Positions 36,918 to 46,536 of a stretch of DNA of 64,000 nt are shown here, one piece after another. The notes below the pieces were generated by a model that was not told where the DNA came from, did not search any database, and saw nothing but the letters and a program-made list of their open reading frames with translations. Made by a program: the position numbers and the translations under genes. The stretch lies in contig CAWIIQ010000001.1 in the NCBI GenBank assembly GCA_963836185.1, positions 1,280,001-1,344,000 on the forward strand. The letters are read 5' to 3'. The DNA comes from Candidatus Krumholzibacteriia bacterium. GTDB lineage: Bacteria > Krumholzibacteriota > Krumholzibacteriia > Krumholzibacteriales > Krumholzibacteriaceae. The first letter of the stretch is position 1. The number at the start of each line of letters is the position of its first letter.

Positions 36918-38180
36918 GTGATAATGGACCCGATCATACTTCCTTATGGAGATTCGAAGATCCCGGTTCCCTTTACGGGAGAGATCTCCGCATGCGCGTT
37001 TCCCGAGCCCCTTCCTGATATATCAAGTTCGGTAGAACAGGCGCTCGATGAGCCCGCGGGGTGCGGGCCTCTCTCGGATCTGATACCCGGCTCGGAAAGG
37101 GTCGCCGTACTCGTTTCAGATCTTACCAGGGGAAGGACAGCAGCGGCAATACTTGTTCCCGCCTTGGAATATCTCGAGAGGAATGGAGCGGGGCCTGAAC
37201 GCACCACCATATATATTGCAAGCGGTATGCACCGCGGCCAGTCCGCAGCCGAGATAGAAGACCAGCTTGGAGCTTCGGTCGCCGGCAGGTACAGGATCGT
37301 CCAGCATGATGCCCGCGACAGATCATCCCTTGTCGAGGCCGGCACGACATCGTCCGGAACCCGGTGCCTCTTTAACAGGGATGTCGCACGGTCAGGTCTT
37401 GTTGTAGGCGCCGGCGCTGTGTCGTTCCATTACTTCGCAGGTTACGGCGGCGGTAGAAAACTTATACTGCCTGGGATCTCGGGTGAAGAGACGATCATGG
37501 CCAATCACAGGCTGTCATTGAGGGCGGATCCCGCTGAAGGGCTGTCGCATGGCTGTAAGCCGGGTCTTCTCGACGGAAATCCCGTACATGAGGATATGAT
37601 CGAAGGGGCATCGCTGATGGCCGCGCCGGTATTCATGGTATGCGCGGTAGTCGGGGCGGGAGGGGAGCCGGCCTTTGTCAGCGCCGGCGATATGGACCTT
37701 TCGCATCGCATCGCCGCGGCAAAGCTGCGGAAGGCATACGCCCTTTCTCCCGGCAGACGCAGGAGGGTAGTCGTCGCTTCGGCAGGAGGATCGCCCGGGG
37801 ACATCAACCTGCTGCAGGCCCACAAAGCGATCAGACATGCCTCGCTCGCCGTGGCTGACGGAGGTCTTCTGCTTATGGCGGCCGCCTGCAGTGAGGGTGT
37901 CGGTTCGGATTCGCTCGAGGAGGATTTCTCGGGAGGAAGGGAAAGTGTTTTGTCGAGGGTATCAGAAAGATATACGTTGAACTCCCAGGCATCGATGTCG
38001 ATTCACGAGATCACGGGGAGAATAGAAGTCAGGCTTCTCTCTGAATTTCCCGATGGCGCCCTCGAGAAGTTCGGTTTCGGTTCCTGGAATGCCGAGGATA
38101 CGCTTTCTCTGCTCAAGGGGATCCCGGAAAGAGAGATACTTGCCGTTCCGCATGCCGCTTCATTTCTGCCTGTCGATTAA
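36918..38180 (+). CDS. larA: Nickel-pincer (NPN)-dependent lactate racemase/2-hydroxyacid epimerase family protein
   Basis: 'SDLTR', 'ASGMHR', 'HD', 'FHYFAGYGGGRKLILPG', 'NPVHEDM', 'DINLLQAHKA', 'CSEGVG'. Substrate unknown. Confidence 0.85.
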   Translation: MIMDPIILPYGDSKIPVPFTGEISACAFPEPLPDISSSVEQALDEPAGCGPLSDLIPGSERVAVLVSDLTRGRTAAAILVPALEYLERNGAGPERTTIYIASGMHRGQSAAEIEDQLGASVAGRYRIVQHDARDRSSLVEAGTTSSGTRCLFNRDVARSGLVVGAGAVSFHYFAGYGGGRKLILPGISGEETIMANHRLSLRADPAEGLSHGCKPGLLDGNPVHEDMIEGASLMAAPVFMVCAVVGAGGEPAFVSAGDMDLSHRIAAAKLRKAYALSPGRRRRVVVASAGGSPGDINLLQAHKAIRHASLAVADGGLLLMAAACSEGVGSDSLEEDFSGGRESVLSRVSERYTLNSQASMSIHEITGRIEVRLLSEFPDGALEKFGFGSWNAEDTLSLLKGIPEREILAVPHAASFLPVD

Positions 38181-38264
38181 ACGGAAATCTCTTCACAGTG
38201 ACCGCTGCAGTGTGTAATATATCACTCGTACTGTAAGGTATTCAAAAGTGTCCGGGAGGTAGAG

Positions 38265-39479
38265 ATGTCCGATAAGAAAAGCAGCCTTTCGCGAAGGGAT
38301 TTCATGACGGCAACCGCAGCCGGTATCGTCGGAGCGGGACTGGCCTCGCTTCCGGGCGGGAAGGCAGCGGCTGGGGAGGAGAAGAAGGCTGGCGGAAAAC
38401 TGATCACGAGAAAGCTCGGAAGGACCGGCCTCGAGCTCCCGATCGTAAGCATGGGAGCCCTCAATATCGACAGCCCAGGTATCCTCAAGGCCGCGTACGA
38501 CAAGGGCGTGCGGCACATCGATACCGCTTCGGGTTATCATTCGGGCCGTAACGAGGAGATCGTCGGCGAGATAATCAAGAAAGAAGGAATCAGGAAAGAT
38601 ATAGTCCTCGGCACGAAGATCTTCGTACCGAACCAGAGGAAGGGACTCGATCCCGACAAGGTCCCCGCCAGGATGATGAAATACACCGACGACAGCCTCG
38701 AGCGGCTGCAGATGGATTATGTAGACATCATGTACATACATGTCGTCAAGAGCGCCGACGAGATCAACGACGAGGCGATGATCGAGGGTATGAGGCAGAT
38801 CAAGAAGTCCGGCAAGGCGAGGTTCGTCGGGGTATCGACCCACGAGAACATGGCCGAGGTCCTCAATGCCGTAGTGGCAGGCGGTTTCTACGATGTCGTT
38901 CTTCATACGATAAACTTCACGCTCGCCGATGACGAGGAATTCATCAAGGCTGTTAAGAACGCCCACGCGAAGGGTGTAGGCCTGATCGCGATGAAGACCC
39001 AGGCAGGCGGCAAGCTGATAAAGGACGACGAGGAAGCGCTGAAGACTTACTCAGAGGGAACGATCGCCGCGGCAGCGCTGAAGTGGGCTCTTTCTCACGA
39101 AGAGATCACTACGGCGATACCGAGCTTCAAGACCTTCGAGATCATGGAGCAGGATGTCGCCATAGGGATGGACCTTGCTCTAAGCGCTGACGAAAAGAAG
39201 TTCCTTTCCGAGAAGCTCGATACGCTCAAGACCGGGATGGGGTTCTGTCGACAGTGCCATATATGCAGCAGCACCTGTCCCCGGGGAACGGACGTCGCCT
39301 CACTGATGAGGACACACATGTACGCTGCCCGGTATTCCGATTTCCGCATGGCCCGGACGACGATCGACCAGACCGCAGGTATCTCGGGCTGTGTCGAGTG
39401 TGGATCGTGCAGCGCGAGATGCGCGCACGGCGTGGATATCGCCAGGAATATCGAGGATCTGAAGCTGATCTACGCCTAG
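38265..39479 (+). CDS. Aldo/keto reductase with a Tat signal and a C-terminal 4Fe-4S dicluster
   Basis: 'SRRDF' Tat motif, 'RKLGRTG', 'DTASGY', 'GTK', 'IAMK', CxxCxxCxxxCP and CxxCxxCxxxC. Confidence 0.9.
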   Translation: MSDKKSSLSRRDFMTATAAGIVGAGLASLPGGKAAAGEEKKAGGKLITRKLGRTGLELPIVSMGALNIDSPGILKAAYDKGVRHIDTASGYHSGRNEEIVGEIIKKEGIRKDIVLGTKIFVPNQRKGLDPDKVPARMMKYTDDSLERLQMDYVDIMYIHVVKSADEINDEAMIEGMRQIKKSGKARFVGVSTHENMAEVLNAVVAGGFYDVVLHTINFTLADDEEFIKAVKNAHAKGVGLIAMKTQAGGKLIKDDEEALKTYSEGTIAAAALKWALSHEEITTAIPSFKTFEIMEQDVAIGMDLALSADEKKFLSEKLDTLKTGMGFCRQCHICSSTCPRGTDVASLMRTHMYAARYSDFRMARTTIDQTAGISGCVECGSCSARCAHGVDIARNIEDLKLIYA

Positions 39480-39500
39480 AGGAACCCGAAGAATGTGATC

Positions 39501-39533
39501 ACAGACGGCCGGTGTCCAGCCCTGGCCGTCTGT
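39501..39533. terminator. Hairpin between convergent genes (possible bidirectional terminator)
   Basis: acagacggcc...ggccgtctgt inverted repeat. Confidence 0.5.
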
Positions 39534-39535
39534 TT

Positions 39536-40312
39536 CTATATATTCATCCTGAGGGAGAGGCAGGAGAGTCCGCCGTCCATCTTCTGGAACTCAGTCATGT
39601 CTACTTCTACGATCTCCAGCCCTTTTTTTTTGAGCTTCTCCCGGGTTACAGGGAATCCGGCGGGAAAGAGTATCCGGCCGTTGATCTCTATACTGTTCGC
39701 GCAATACTCTTCCCCTTCGGCGACAGTGATTGTATCGAGCCCGGTGAACTCATCTCTGCCCGCCATAGATCCGTCGGCAAGCAAGGTGCCGTTTCCCATG
39801 TAGCTGACGCCCGATTTCAGGTGGAGGCCGCAGGCGACAGGAACAGTCCCGCACTTGAATCCGTCCTTCTCAAAGATCTCACTGAGCTGTCTGGCGCCTG
39901 CTTCATCGGTCCTGTCCGAAAGACCGATGAGGATCCGGTCATCGATCTCGAGAACGTCACCTCCGTCTATCCTCCCCGGTGGTTCGATCCTGTCGACCTC
40001 GAAGTAACGGGAAAGGACCGGTTCGATAAGGGCGGCCTCGCCGAGGCGTGAAGGATGCCCGGGTCTCGTGATCACGGCGCGGCTGCCTGCGATCACGGCC
40101 GGGTCCTCGATAAATGTGGAGTCGGGGTAATCTTCGATGGCATCGAGAAGTATGACTTCTATTCCGCAAGAGCGCAGCGCCTCGCAGTAAGCCGCGTGCT
40201 GCTGTACGGCCAGATCCATATCGGGGCTGCCGAGGCCGGCTCCGGTGAGCCCCTGGCCGAGCGACATGGCCGGCCGCCTCGCTACAGCTTTCGTAAATAC
40301 TCCACTTTTCAA
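39536..40312 (-). CDS. Dimethylarginine dimethylaminohydrolase/amidinotransferase (pentein) family
   Basis: 'QH..Y', 'PDSTFIED', 'SRLGE', 'DGGDVL', 'LHLKS', 'KMDGGLSCLS'. Confidence 0.9.
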   Translation of the reverse strand: MKSGVFTKAVARRPAMSLGQGLTGAGLGSPDMDLAVQQHAAYCEALRSCGIEVILLDAIEDYPDSTFIEDPAVIAGSRAVITRPGHPSRLGEAALIEPVLSRYFEVDRIEPPGRIDGGDVLEIDDRILIGLSDRTDEAGARQLSEIFEKDGFKCGTVPVACGLHLKSGVSYMGNGTLLADGSMAGRDEFTGLDTITVAEGEEYCANSIEINGRILFPAGFPVTREKLKKKGLEIVEVDMTEFQKMDGGLSCLSLRMNI

Positions 40313-40412
40313 GAGTTACCTCCGTCAGTATTTTGCGTAAACTTAGTTACGATTATGATGTATACTCAAATACAGGGTAGTTTCAAGTACTCATTAGGCC
40401 AGGGAGGCGATC

Positions 40413-41627
40413 ATGGAAAGGAAGAAGGGCGGCCTGACCAGGCGGGGATTCATAACGGCAGCGGCGGGAGGACTCGTCGGAGCCGGAATCGCGGGGCTTA
40501 CTCATGCCGGCCCGGCCAGCGACAATAAGGAAGAGAAGAAAGGGAAGATCATCACTCGCAAACTCGGCAGGACGGGGATCGAGATCCCCGTCGTGAGCAT
40601 GGGCGTGATGAACGCGAATAATCCCGAGGTCGTCAGAGCGTCTTATGATCTGGGCGTCAGGCATTTCGACACCGCCGCCTATTACCAGGGCGGCAAGAAT
40701 GAGCGTATGGTCGGCGAGGTCATCAAAGAGCTAGGCGTAAGGGACGATGTCATCATCGCGACAAAGATATACACGCCGAACATGAGGGTGGGAGATACCG
40801 CTGATGAGACGCGCAAGAAGATACGCGTGCAGGTAGACGAATGCCTCAACAGACTTCAGATGAATCATGTCGATATCCTGTATGTACATGTCGTCGATTC
40901 CGCGGATTTCGCCATGAACGAAGCGGTCCACGAAGCGATGGAAGAGGCGCGCAAGAGCGGCAGGACGAGGTTCACAGGTCTATCAACGCACAAGAATATG
41001 AGCGAAGTGATCAATGCGGTCACTGAATCGGGATGGTACGACGTTGTACTGACCGCGATAAACATGACGCTGGCCGATGACAGCAAGCTGCTCGACTCGA
41101 TTGAGAAGGCGGCCGCGAAGGGAGTGGGGATCGTCGCGATGAAGACACAGGTCGGCGGCAGGCGTTTCCAGCTGCCGGAAGGGATCGCCGACTACGACAG
41201 CACGACGATAAACCAGGCCGCCCTCAAGTGGGTGATGAGAAACGAGAACATCACCACGTCGATTCCGGGGTATACGACATTCGAGCATATGAAGGAAGAT
41301 TTTGATATTGCATATGATCTCGAGTACAGCGAGAAGGAAAAATGTCTCCTCGGAGATTGCAAGCTCAAGGTCGGGATGGGATACTGCAGGCAGTGCGATC
41401 TCTGCCTCGGCGACTGTCCGGCCGGGGTCGATGTCCCGACTCTTATGAGGACGCATATGTACGCGTCGCAGTACGCCAATTTCCATCATGCCAGGGCGAC
41501 TCTTGATGAGATAGAGAATGGCAGGGGCCTCGACGGGTGCTCGGGCTGCGGCGCCTGCACCGTCCGGTGCCCGCATTCGGTCGATGTCGCGGCGAAGATA
41601 GAGGAACTCAAGCTCATCTACGCGTGA
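40413..41627 (+). CDS. Second Tat-exported aldo/keto reductase with a C-terminal 4Fe-4S dicluster
   Basis: 'TRRGF', 'RKLGRTG', 'DTAAYY', 'ATK', two Cys clusters. Collinear paralog of 38265..39479. Confidence 0.9.
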   Translation: MERKKGGLTRRGFITAAAGGLVGAGIAGLTHAGPASDNKEEKKGKIITRKLGRTGIEIPVVSMGVMNANNPEVVRASYDLGVRHFDTAAYYQGGKNERMVGEVIKELGVRDDVIIATKIYTPNMRVGDTADETRKKIRVQVDECLNRLQMNHVDILYVHVVDSADFAMNEAVHEAMEEARKSGRTRFTGLSTHKNMSEVINAVTESGWYDVVLTAINMTLADDSKLLDSIEKAAAKGVGIVAMKTQVGGRRFQLPEGIADYDSTTINQAALKWVMRNENITTSIPGYTTFEHMKEDFDIAYDLEYSEKEKCLLGDCKLKVGMGYCRQCDLCLGDCPAGVDVPTLMRTHMYASQYANFHHARATLDEIENGRGLDGCSGCGACTVRCPHSVDVAAKIEELKLIYA

Positions 41628-41727
41628 CGCCCGGGCAGATTTATGATAACTTCCTTTTCCGGCGCACCTCGCCGCGCCGGATCCAGTAAGCAACTGTGTA
41701 TCCGTATGAGATAAGGAGAATGCAGGG

Positions 41728-42996
41728 ATGAAGGTTCTTGTTGTAGGCGGCGGTGGCAGAGAACATACGATAGCCTGGAAGCTGTCGAAATCCCCCCATG
41801 TGGATCAGATATACGCGGCTCCCGGAAACGCGGGAATCGCCGAGATCGGTGAATGTGTTTCCATAGACGCGGCTGACAAAAAGGCGCTGCTCGAATTCGC
41901 TCGGGAGAATAAAGTGGATCTCACCGTCGTGGGGCCCGAGGCTCCTCTGGTCTCGGGAATAGTCGATCTCTTTAACGGCGAGGGCCTGCGTATATTCGGA
42001 TTCGACAGCAAGGGAGCACTTCTCGAGGGCAGCAAGGTCTGGGCGAAGCAGTTCATGGAGAGATACGATGTGCCAACGGGCGGCTTCGCGGTATTCGATA
42101 ATCACTGCGCGGCGCAGAACGCCATTGAAGCGGGAAAACCTCCATTCGTGATCAAGGCTGACGGCCTCGCCGCCGGCAAGGGTGTGCTGATATGCCAGAC
42201 CCTGGAGGAAGCCCGTGACGCGGTCGAGACGGTGATGAAGAAGAAGGAGTTCGGCACAGCCGGAGACAGGATAATATTCGAGGAGTTTCTCGAAGGAACG
42301 GAACTTTCGGTCATAGCCGTATTCGATGGAAAAGATTACAGGCTTCTCGTTCCATCGCAGGATCACAAGAGAGCCTTCGACGGAGATATGGGGCCTAACA
42401 CAGGCGGTATGGGGGCATACGCGCCGGTCCCGGTCCTCGGTCACGCTCTTGAGGAGAAGATAAGGATAGAGATTATAGAGCGTACGCTCAGCGGGATACA
42501 GTCAGAGAGGATCAAGGGAGCTGGTGTGGTCTATTTCGGTCTGATGCTGACACCCACCGGTCCAAGGGTCCTGGAGTACAACTGCAGGTTCGGCGATCCG
42601 GAGACCCAGGTGATCCTTCCACTTCTGAAGACGGACCTGTTCGAGGTCCTCTTCGAGGCGACGGAAAGCAATCTGGAGAGTGTCGATTTCGAGAACAGCG
42701 ATGAGGCATGCGCCTGTGTCGTGATCGCATCCGGAGGGTACCCCGGGAAATACGACAAGGGTAAAGAGATATCGGGTATCGCGGAGGCTGAGGAGGCGGG
42801 ATGTGCCGTCTTCCATGCGGGGACGAAGCTCGATGATGGCAGGATCGTGACTTCGGGAGGACGCGTTCTCGGTGTGACCGCGATCGCGCCTACGCTCAAA
42901 GGGGCCATCGACAAGGCTTATGCAGGCGTTGACAAGATTTCTTTTGAGGGATGTTTCTCCAGGCGCGACATTGCCTGGAGGGCGCTGAAGGAATAG
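41728..42996 (+). CDS. purD: Phosphoribosylamine--glycine ligase
   Basis: 'GGGGREH', 'APGNAG', 'VGPEAPL', 'KADGLAAGKGV', 'QDHKR', 'GPNTGGMGAY', 'EYNCRFGDPE'. Confidence 0.97.
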   Translation: MKVLVVGGGGREHTIAWKLSKSPHVDQIYAAPGNAGIAEIGECVSIDAADKKALLEFARENKVDLTVVGPEAPLVSGIVDLFNGEGLRIFGFDSKGALLEGSKVWAKQFMERYDVPTGGFAVFDNHCAAQNAIEAGKPPFVIKADGLAAGKGVLICQTLEEARDAVETVMKKKEFGTAGDRIIFEEFLEGTELSVIAVFDGKDYRLLVPSQDHKRAFDGDMGPNTGGMGAYAPVPVLGHALEEKIRIEIIERTLSGIQSERIKGAGVVYFGLMLTPTGPRVLEYNCRFGDPETQVILPLLKTDLFEVLFEATESNLESVDFENSDEACACVVIASGGYPGKYDKGKEISGIAEAEEAGCAVFHAGTKLDDGRIVTSGGRVLGVTAIAPTLKGAIDKAYAGVDKISFEGCFSRRDIAWRALKE

Positions 42997-43021
42997 TCGG
43001 AACAATCGAAAGGAGAATGAC

Positions 43022-43489
43022 GTGGGCGGAGAACTTCAGGTCGCCGTCATAATGGGGAGCGAATCGGACAGGGAGACGATGGAAGTATGTCTCGCTCAAC
43101 TCGAGAAACTCGGCGTGAAGAGCGAGCTCAAGGTGTCTTCCGCGCACAGGATGCCCGAAGCGACGAAGGCTTACATCGAAGAATCGATCGAGAGGGGAGC
43201 GAAGGTCTTCATCGCCGGCGCCGGCATGTCGGCCGCACTGCCCGGTTTCGTGGCATCGGTAACGACCAGGCCCGTGATCGGAGTTCCGATACCTTCCGGT
43301 CTGCCTGACGGTATGGATGCGCTACTATCGATGGTACAGATGCCTCCCGGGATACCTGTCGCCACGGTCGCCGTGGGGAAGGCCGGCGCGAAGAACGCCG
43401 CCGTGCTCGCGACAGAGATCCTCTCACTCGTCGATGACAGGTTCTCAAAAGAACTCGACAAGATGCGTGACCAATGGAAAAGCCGGTAA
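43022..43489 (+). CDS. purE: N5-carboxyaminoimidazole ribonucleotide mutase
   Basis: 'IMGSESD', 'SAHR', 'AGAGMSAALPG', 'DALLSMVQMPPGIPVATV'. Confidence 0.96.
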   Translation: MGGELQVAVIMGSESDRETMEVCLAQLEKLGVKSELKVSSAHRMPEATKAYIEESIERGAKVFIAGAGMSAALPGFVASVTTRPVIGVPIPSGLPDGMDALLSMVQMPPGIPVATVAVGKAGAKNAAVLATEILSLVDDRFSKELDKMRDQWKSR

Positions 43490-44095
43490 AAGGGTATCTC
43501 GAGGGCCGAAACATCGACAAGGTCGCGGCGATACTGAGGTCGGGCGGCCTGGCGGTGCTTCCGACTGACACGATATACGGATTTCACTGCGTATATTCGA
43601 GCAGGCCTACCATCGAGAGGATAAGAAGGCTCAAGGGGCGTTCGAAGTCCGCGGGATTCATATTGCTCGCTTCATCACTTGAAATGGCCGACATGCTCGT
43701 CAGGAAGATGGCCGGCAGGGGCGAGGGATATCCTCGACACTCTCTGGCCCGCTCCCGTGACCGTGATACTTCCCGCTTCAGGGAAGATCCCGGCGGCGCT
43801 TAGGCCGGACGGGAGGGTGGCGGTCAGGATCCCGGCGATGGATCCCCTTATCTCACTGATCGAGAAGACAGGTGAACCGCTCGTCTCGACGAGCGTCAAC
43901 AGGTCGGGGCAGAACCCCTTGAACAGGATCGGGGAGATCCTGCGAGTCTTCCCCGGTCTGGAAGCATATATATCGAGAAGAGGGCCCGGCAGCCGGATTC
44001 CTTCGACCCTGATAGATCTTTCCGGCAGAGAGCCGCGCATCCTCAGGACTGGAAAGTGCGCGCGCAAGGCGGCCTCGGCCTTCGGCATGGAATAA
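43474..44095 (+). CDS. tsaC: L-threonylcarbamoyladenylate synthase (YrdC/TsaC family); apparent frameshift at ~43705
   Basis: 'PTDTIYG' and 'LKGR' in one frame; 'LWPAPVTVIL', 'VAVRIP', 'STSVNRSG', 'PSTLID' in the next. Confidence 0.85.
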
Positions 44096-44112
44096 CCGCG
44101 AGGTGGTACCTG

Positions 44113-44562
44113 ATGAAGAGATCGATCACTTTAATAATCATCCTTGCCGCGATTCTGATCGGCTGTGAGGCCGGCGGCAGAATGAGCAGCGAATACGAGA
44201 CTTCGACGATGGAGGAGATCGGCTCGGCGATGAAGGAACAGGTCGAAAGCTGGAATTCGGGCGAGTTGGCCGGATTCATGAAGTACTACTGGCACTCGGA
44301 GGAGATGACCTTTCACGGAGGCAAGCGAAGGCTGCAGGGCTGGGATACGCTGAACTCGATGTATATTGAGACTTACTCGGGAGAGCAGAGGGGGATCCTC
44401 GAATTCTCAGGCCTCGAGATCACAGTCCTTTCACCCGAATCGGCGTATGTACTCGGCGACTGGAAGGTCGAGCTTCCCGATACCGTCAAACAGGGAAAGT
44501 TTACACTTATCTGGAGAAAGATGGACGTGGGCTGGCGGATCGTGCACGACCACTCATCCTGA
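44113..44562 (+). CDS. NTF2/SnoaL-like (DUF4440-type) lipoprotein
   Basis: Lipobox 'ILIGC', 'WNSGELAGFM..Y', 'GKFTLIWRK...WRIVHDHSS'. Confidence 0.85.
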   Translation: MKRSITLIIILAAILIGCEAGGRMSSEYETSTMEEIGSAMKEQVESWNSGELAGFMKYYWHSEEMTFHGGKRRLQGWDTLNSMYIETYSGEQRGILEFSGLEITVLSPESAYVLGDWKVELPDTVKQGKFTLIWRKMDVGWRIVHDHSS

Positions 44563-44575
44563 AAGGGATCACATC

Positions 44576-45676
44576 ATGAGATCGCCTGTGAGAGCATTCC
44601 GGCTGTATTTTATCCTTCTGGCTGCTGTTGTATCGATGGCGGCGTCATGTACGTCGACAGCCCCGGACAGACCGAAGAACGTGATCCTTCTTATAGGCGA
44701 CGGGATGGGAGTCGCCCATCTGACCTACGGCAACCTTGCGGGTGACAGCCTGAACGCAGAGCGGATGCCTGTAGGAGGCCTGGTCAAGACATTCCCGGTC
44801 GGTGCACTCATCACCGATTCCGCGGCGTCAGGAACCGCGATGGCGACCGGACACAAGACGCGGAACGGGATGATCTCAATATCGCCCGAAGGGGATACTC
44901 TGATGACAGTCTTCGAGTATGCCGAAGAAAATGGGATGTCGACCGGCCTTGTGGCGACCAGCTCAATAACGCACGCCACGCCGGCGGTTTTCACTTCGCA
45001 TGTCACAGACCGCGGGATGGAGGCGGAGATAGCACGCCAAATGACCGCAAGCGGCCTGGATCTGATCATCGGCGGTGGGTGGGCCTATTTCGTGCACGCC
45101 GGCATAGAGGGGAGCAGGCGGACGGACGATCTCGACCTGATCGGTGCGCTGAGAGAGAGGATGCCTGTCGTAAGATCGGTTGAAGAGTTGAAGGCTCTCG
45201 ACGGTGCGACAATGGCGGCGGCATTTCTCGCTCCGCACGAGTGTCCCGTGGCAACGGAGAGGCTGTACTCGCTGGCGGATCTGACTTCGAAAGCGATCGA
45301 GATACTGTCGGCTGGCGGCAACGGATTTATTCTCATGGTAGAGGGATCACAGATCGACTGGGCTGCCCATGACAATGATTTCAAAGGGATCTACAACGAG
45401 ATGAAAGATTTCGACGGGGCTGTAGGCGCCGCCCTGGACTTTGCGGAGAAAGACGGCAATACGCTGGTGATCATGACCGCCGATCATGAGACCGGTGGGA
45501 TGGCTCTTCACGATACGCCGGAGCACTCGAGCATGACGGTAAGTCCAAGGTTCACGACGGACGGTCATACGATGGAGATGGTGCCGATCTTCGCCTTCGG
45601 TCCGGGAGCGGGTCCGTTCGGCGGGATCTGTGACAATACCTTCATCGGTTCTACACTTATCGAATATGTAAAATAG
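44576..45676 (+). CDS. Alkaline phosphatase (PhoA family), probably a lipoprotein
   Basis: 'KNVILLIGDGMG', 'TDSAASGTAMATG', 'THATPA', 'VEGSQIDWAAH', 'TADHETGG'. Confidence 0.93.
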   Translation: MRSPVRAFRLYFILLAAVVSMAASCTSTAPDRPKNVILLIGDGMGVAHLTYGNLAGDSLNAERMPVGGLVKTFPVGALITDSAASGTAMATGHKTRNGMISISPEGDTLMTVFEYAEENGMSTGLVATSSITHATPAVFTSHVTDRGMEAEIARQMTASGLDLIIGGGWAYFVHAGIEGSRRTDDLDLIGALRERMPVVRSVEELKALDGATMAAAFLAPHECPVATERLYSLADLTSKAIEILSAGGNGFILMVEGSQIDWAAHDNDFKGIYNEMKDFDGAVGAALDFAEKDGNTLVIMTADHETGGMALHDTPEHSSMTVSPRFTTDGHTMEMVPIFAFGPGAGPFGGICDNTFIGSTLIEYVK

Positions 45677-45726
45677 AAGGCGATTGGAAGAGGATGTCCA
45701 CCGGTCCCGATTTTTTATATAAAGAA

Positions 45727-45784
45727 GTATGAAATACTTGACATTGTGACTGAATATATATACAATATGTATGAAAACGATTAC
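45727..45784 (+). promoter_or_regulatory. sigma70 promoter flanked by two putative operator boxes
   Basis: TTGACA(45738)-N17-TACAAT(45761). Boxes gtatgaaatacttgac (45727) and gtatgaaaacgattac (45769). Confidence 0.6.
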
Positions 45785-45803
45785 TGACCTGAAGGAGGAT
45801 CAA

Positions 45804-46259
45804 ATGATGACGCAGTCGACTTACAGGGCGAGAGGGAAGATAATCATATGGAGCATCGTGCTTGTCGTGTTCATGGCCCTTTTCTTCAGCGGGAGCGGGC
45901 CCGGGGGTTTCGCCCGGGACAAGGGGAGGATCGTCGCCATCGCGGTCCTGTTTGCCGCAGGTTACGGCGCCTTCTTCGCGATGATGGGTCTTTCCAGGAA
46001 AAAGAAGGGCGACACCCTTGTCAGGGACGAGAGAGATGAACGGATCGAGGGCAGGGCCGGAGGGATCACTCTGACAATAGTACTCGTATATGTCTATTTC
46101 CTCGGGATAGCGCTGTGGGCCGTCTTCCAGGATGACGGCAGCGTTCCGGCAGGATGGATGTGGTTTCTCGCGTATTCGACCGTTTTCATCGGTACGATCT
46201 CACACGGGATATTCACGCTTCTGATGGCGGCCGGGAGGCTGAACGATGGCGAAGGCTGA
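45804..46259 (+). CDS. Small 4-TM membrane protein (DUF2178-like)
   Basis: AGGAGG RBS, TM helices, 'RDERDERI' motif, adjacent to an XRE gene. Confidence 0.75.
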   Translation: MMTQSTYRARGKIIIWSIVLVVFMALFFSGSGPGGFARDKGRIVAIAVLFAAGYGAFFAMMGLSRKKKGDTLVRDERDERIEGRAGGITLTIVLVYVYFLGIALWAVFQDDGSVPAGWMWFLAYSTVFIGTISHGIFTLLMAAGRLNDGEG

Positions 46260-46476
46260 GATAAAGAACAGCGTAAGGCGGCTTCGGTTCGATAACGGCG
46301 AGATGACACAGCAGGAGCTCGCCGACAGGGCCGGATGCACAAGGCAGACGATCGTCGCCCTCGAGCAGGGAAAGTATGTGCCGTCGCTCTCCCTCGCCTT
46401 CAGGATCGCCGGGGTCTTCGGCCTGAAGATCGAGGATGTCTTCGAGTATAGAAAAGGGAAAAAAAGTGCTGAATGA
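46246..46476 (+). CDS. XRE/Cro-family HTH transcriptional regulator
   Basis: '[36 protein letters not shown]'. Confidence 0.92.
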   Translation: MAKAEIKNSVRRLRFDNGEMTQQELADRAGCTRQTIVALEQGKYVPSLSLAFRIAGVFGLKIEDVFEYRKGKKSAE

Positions 46477-46536
46477 AGCGGCAAAATGTAGTGTACTCGT
46501 AAAGACAGCAGTACTGATCAGGGAAAGGAAAGCTCT

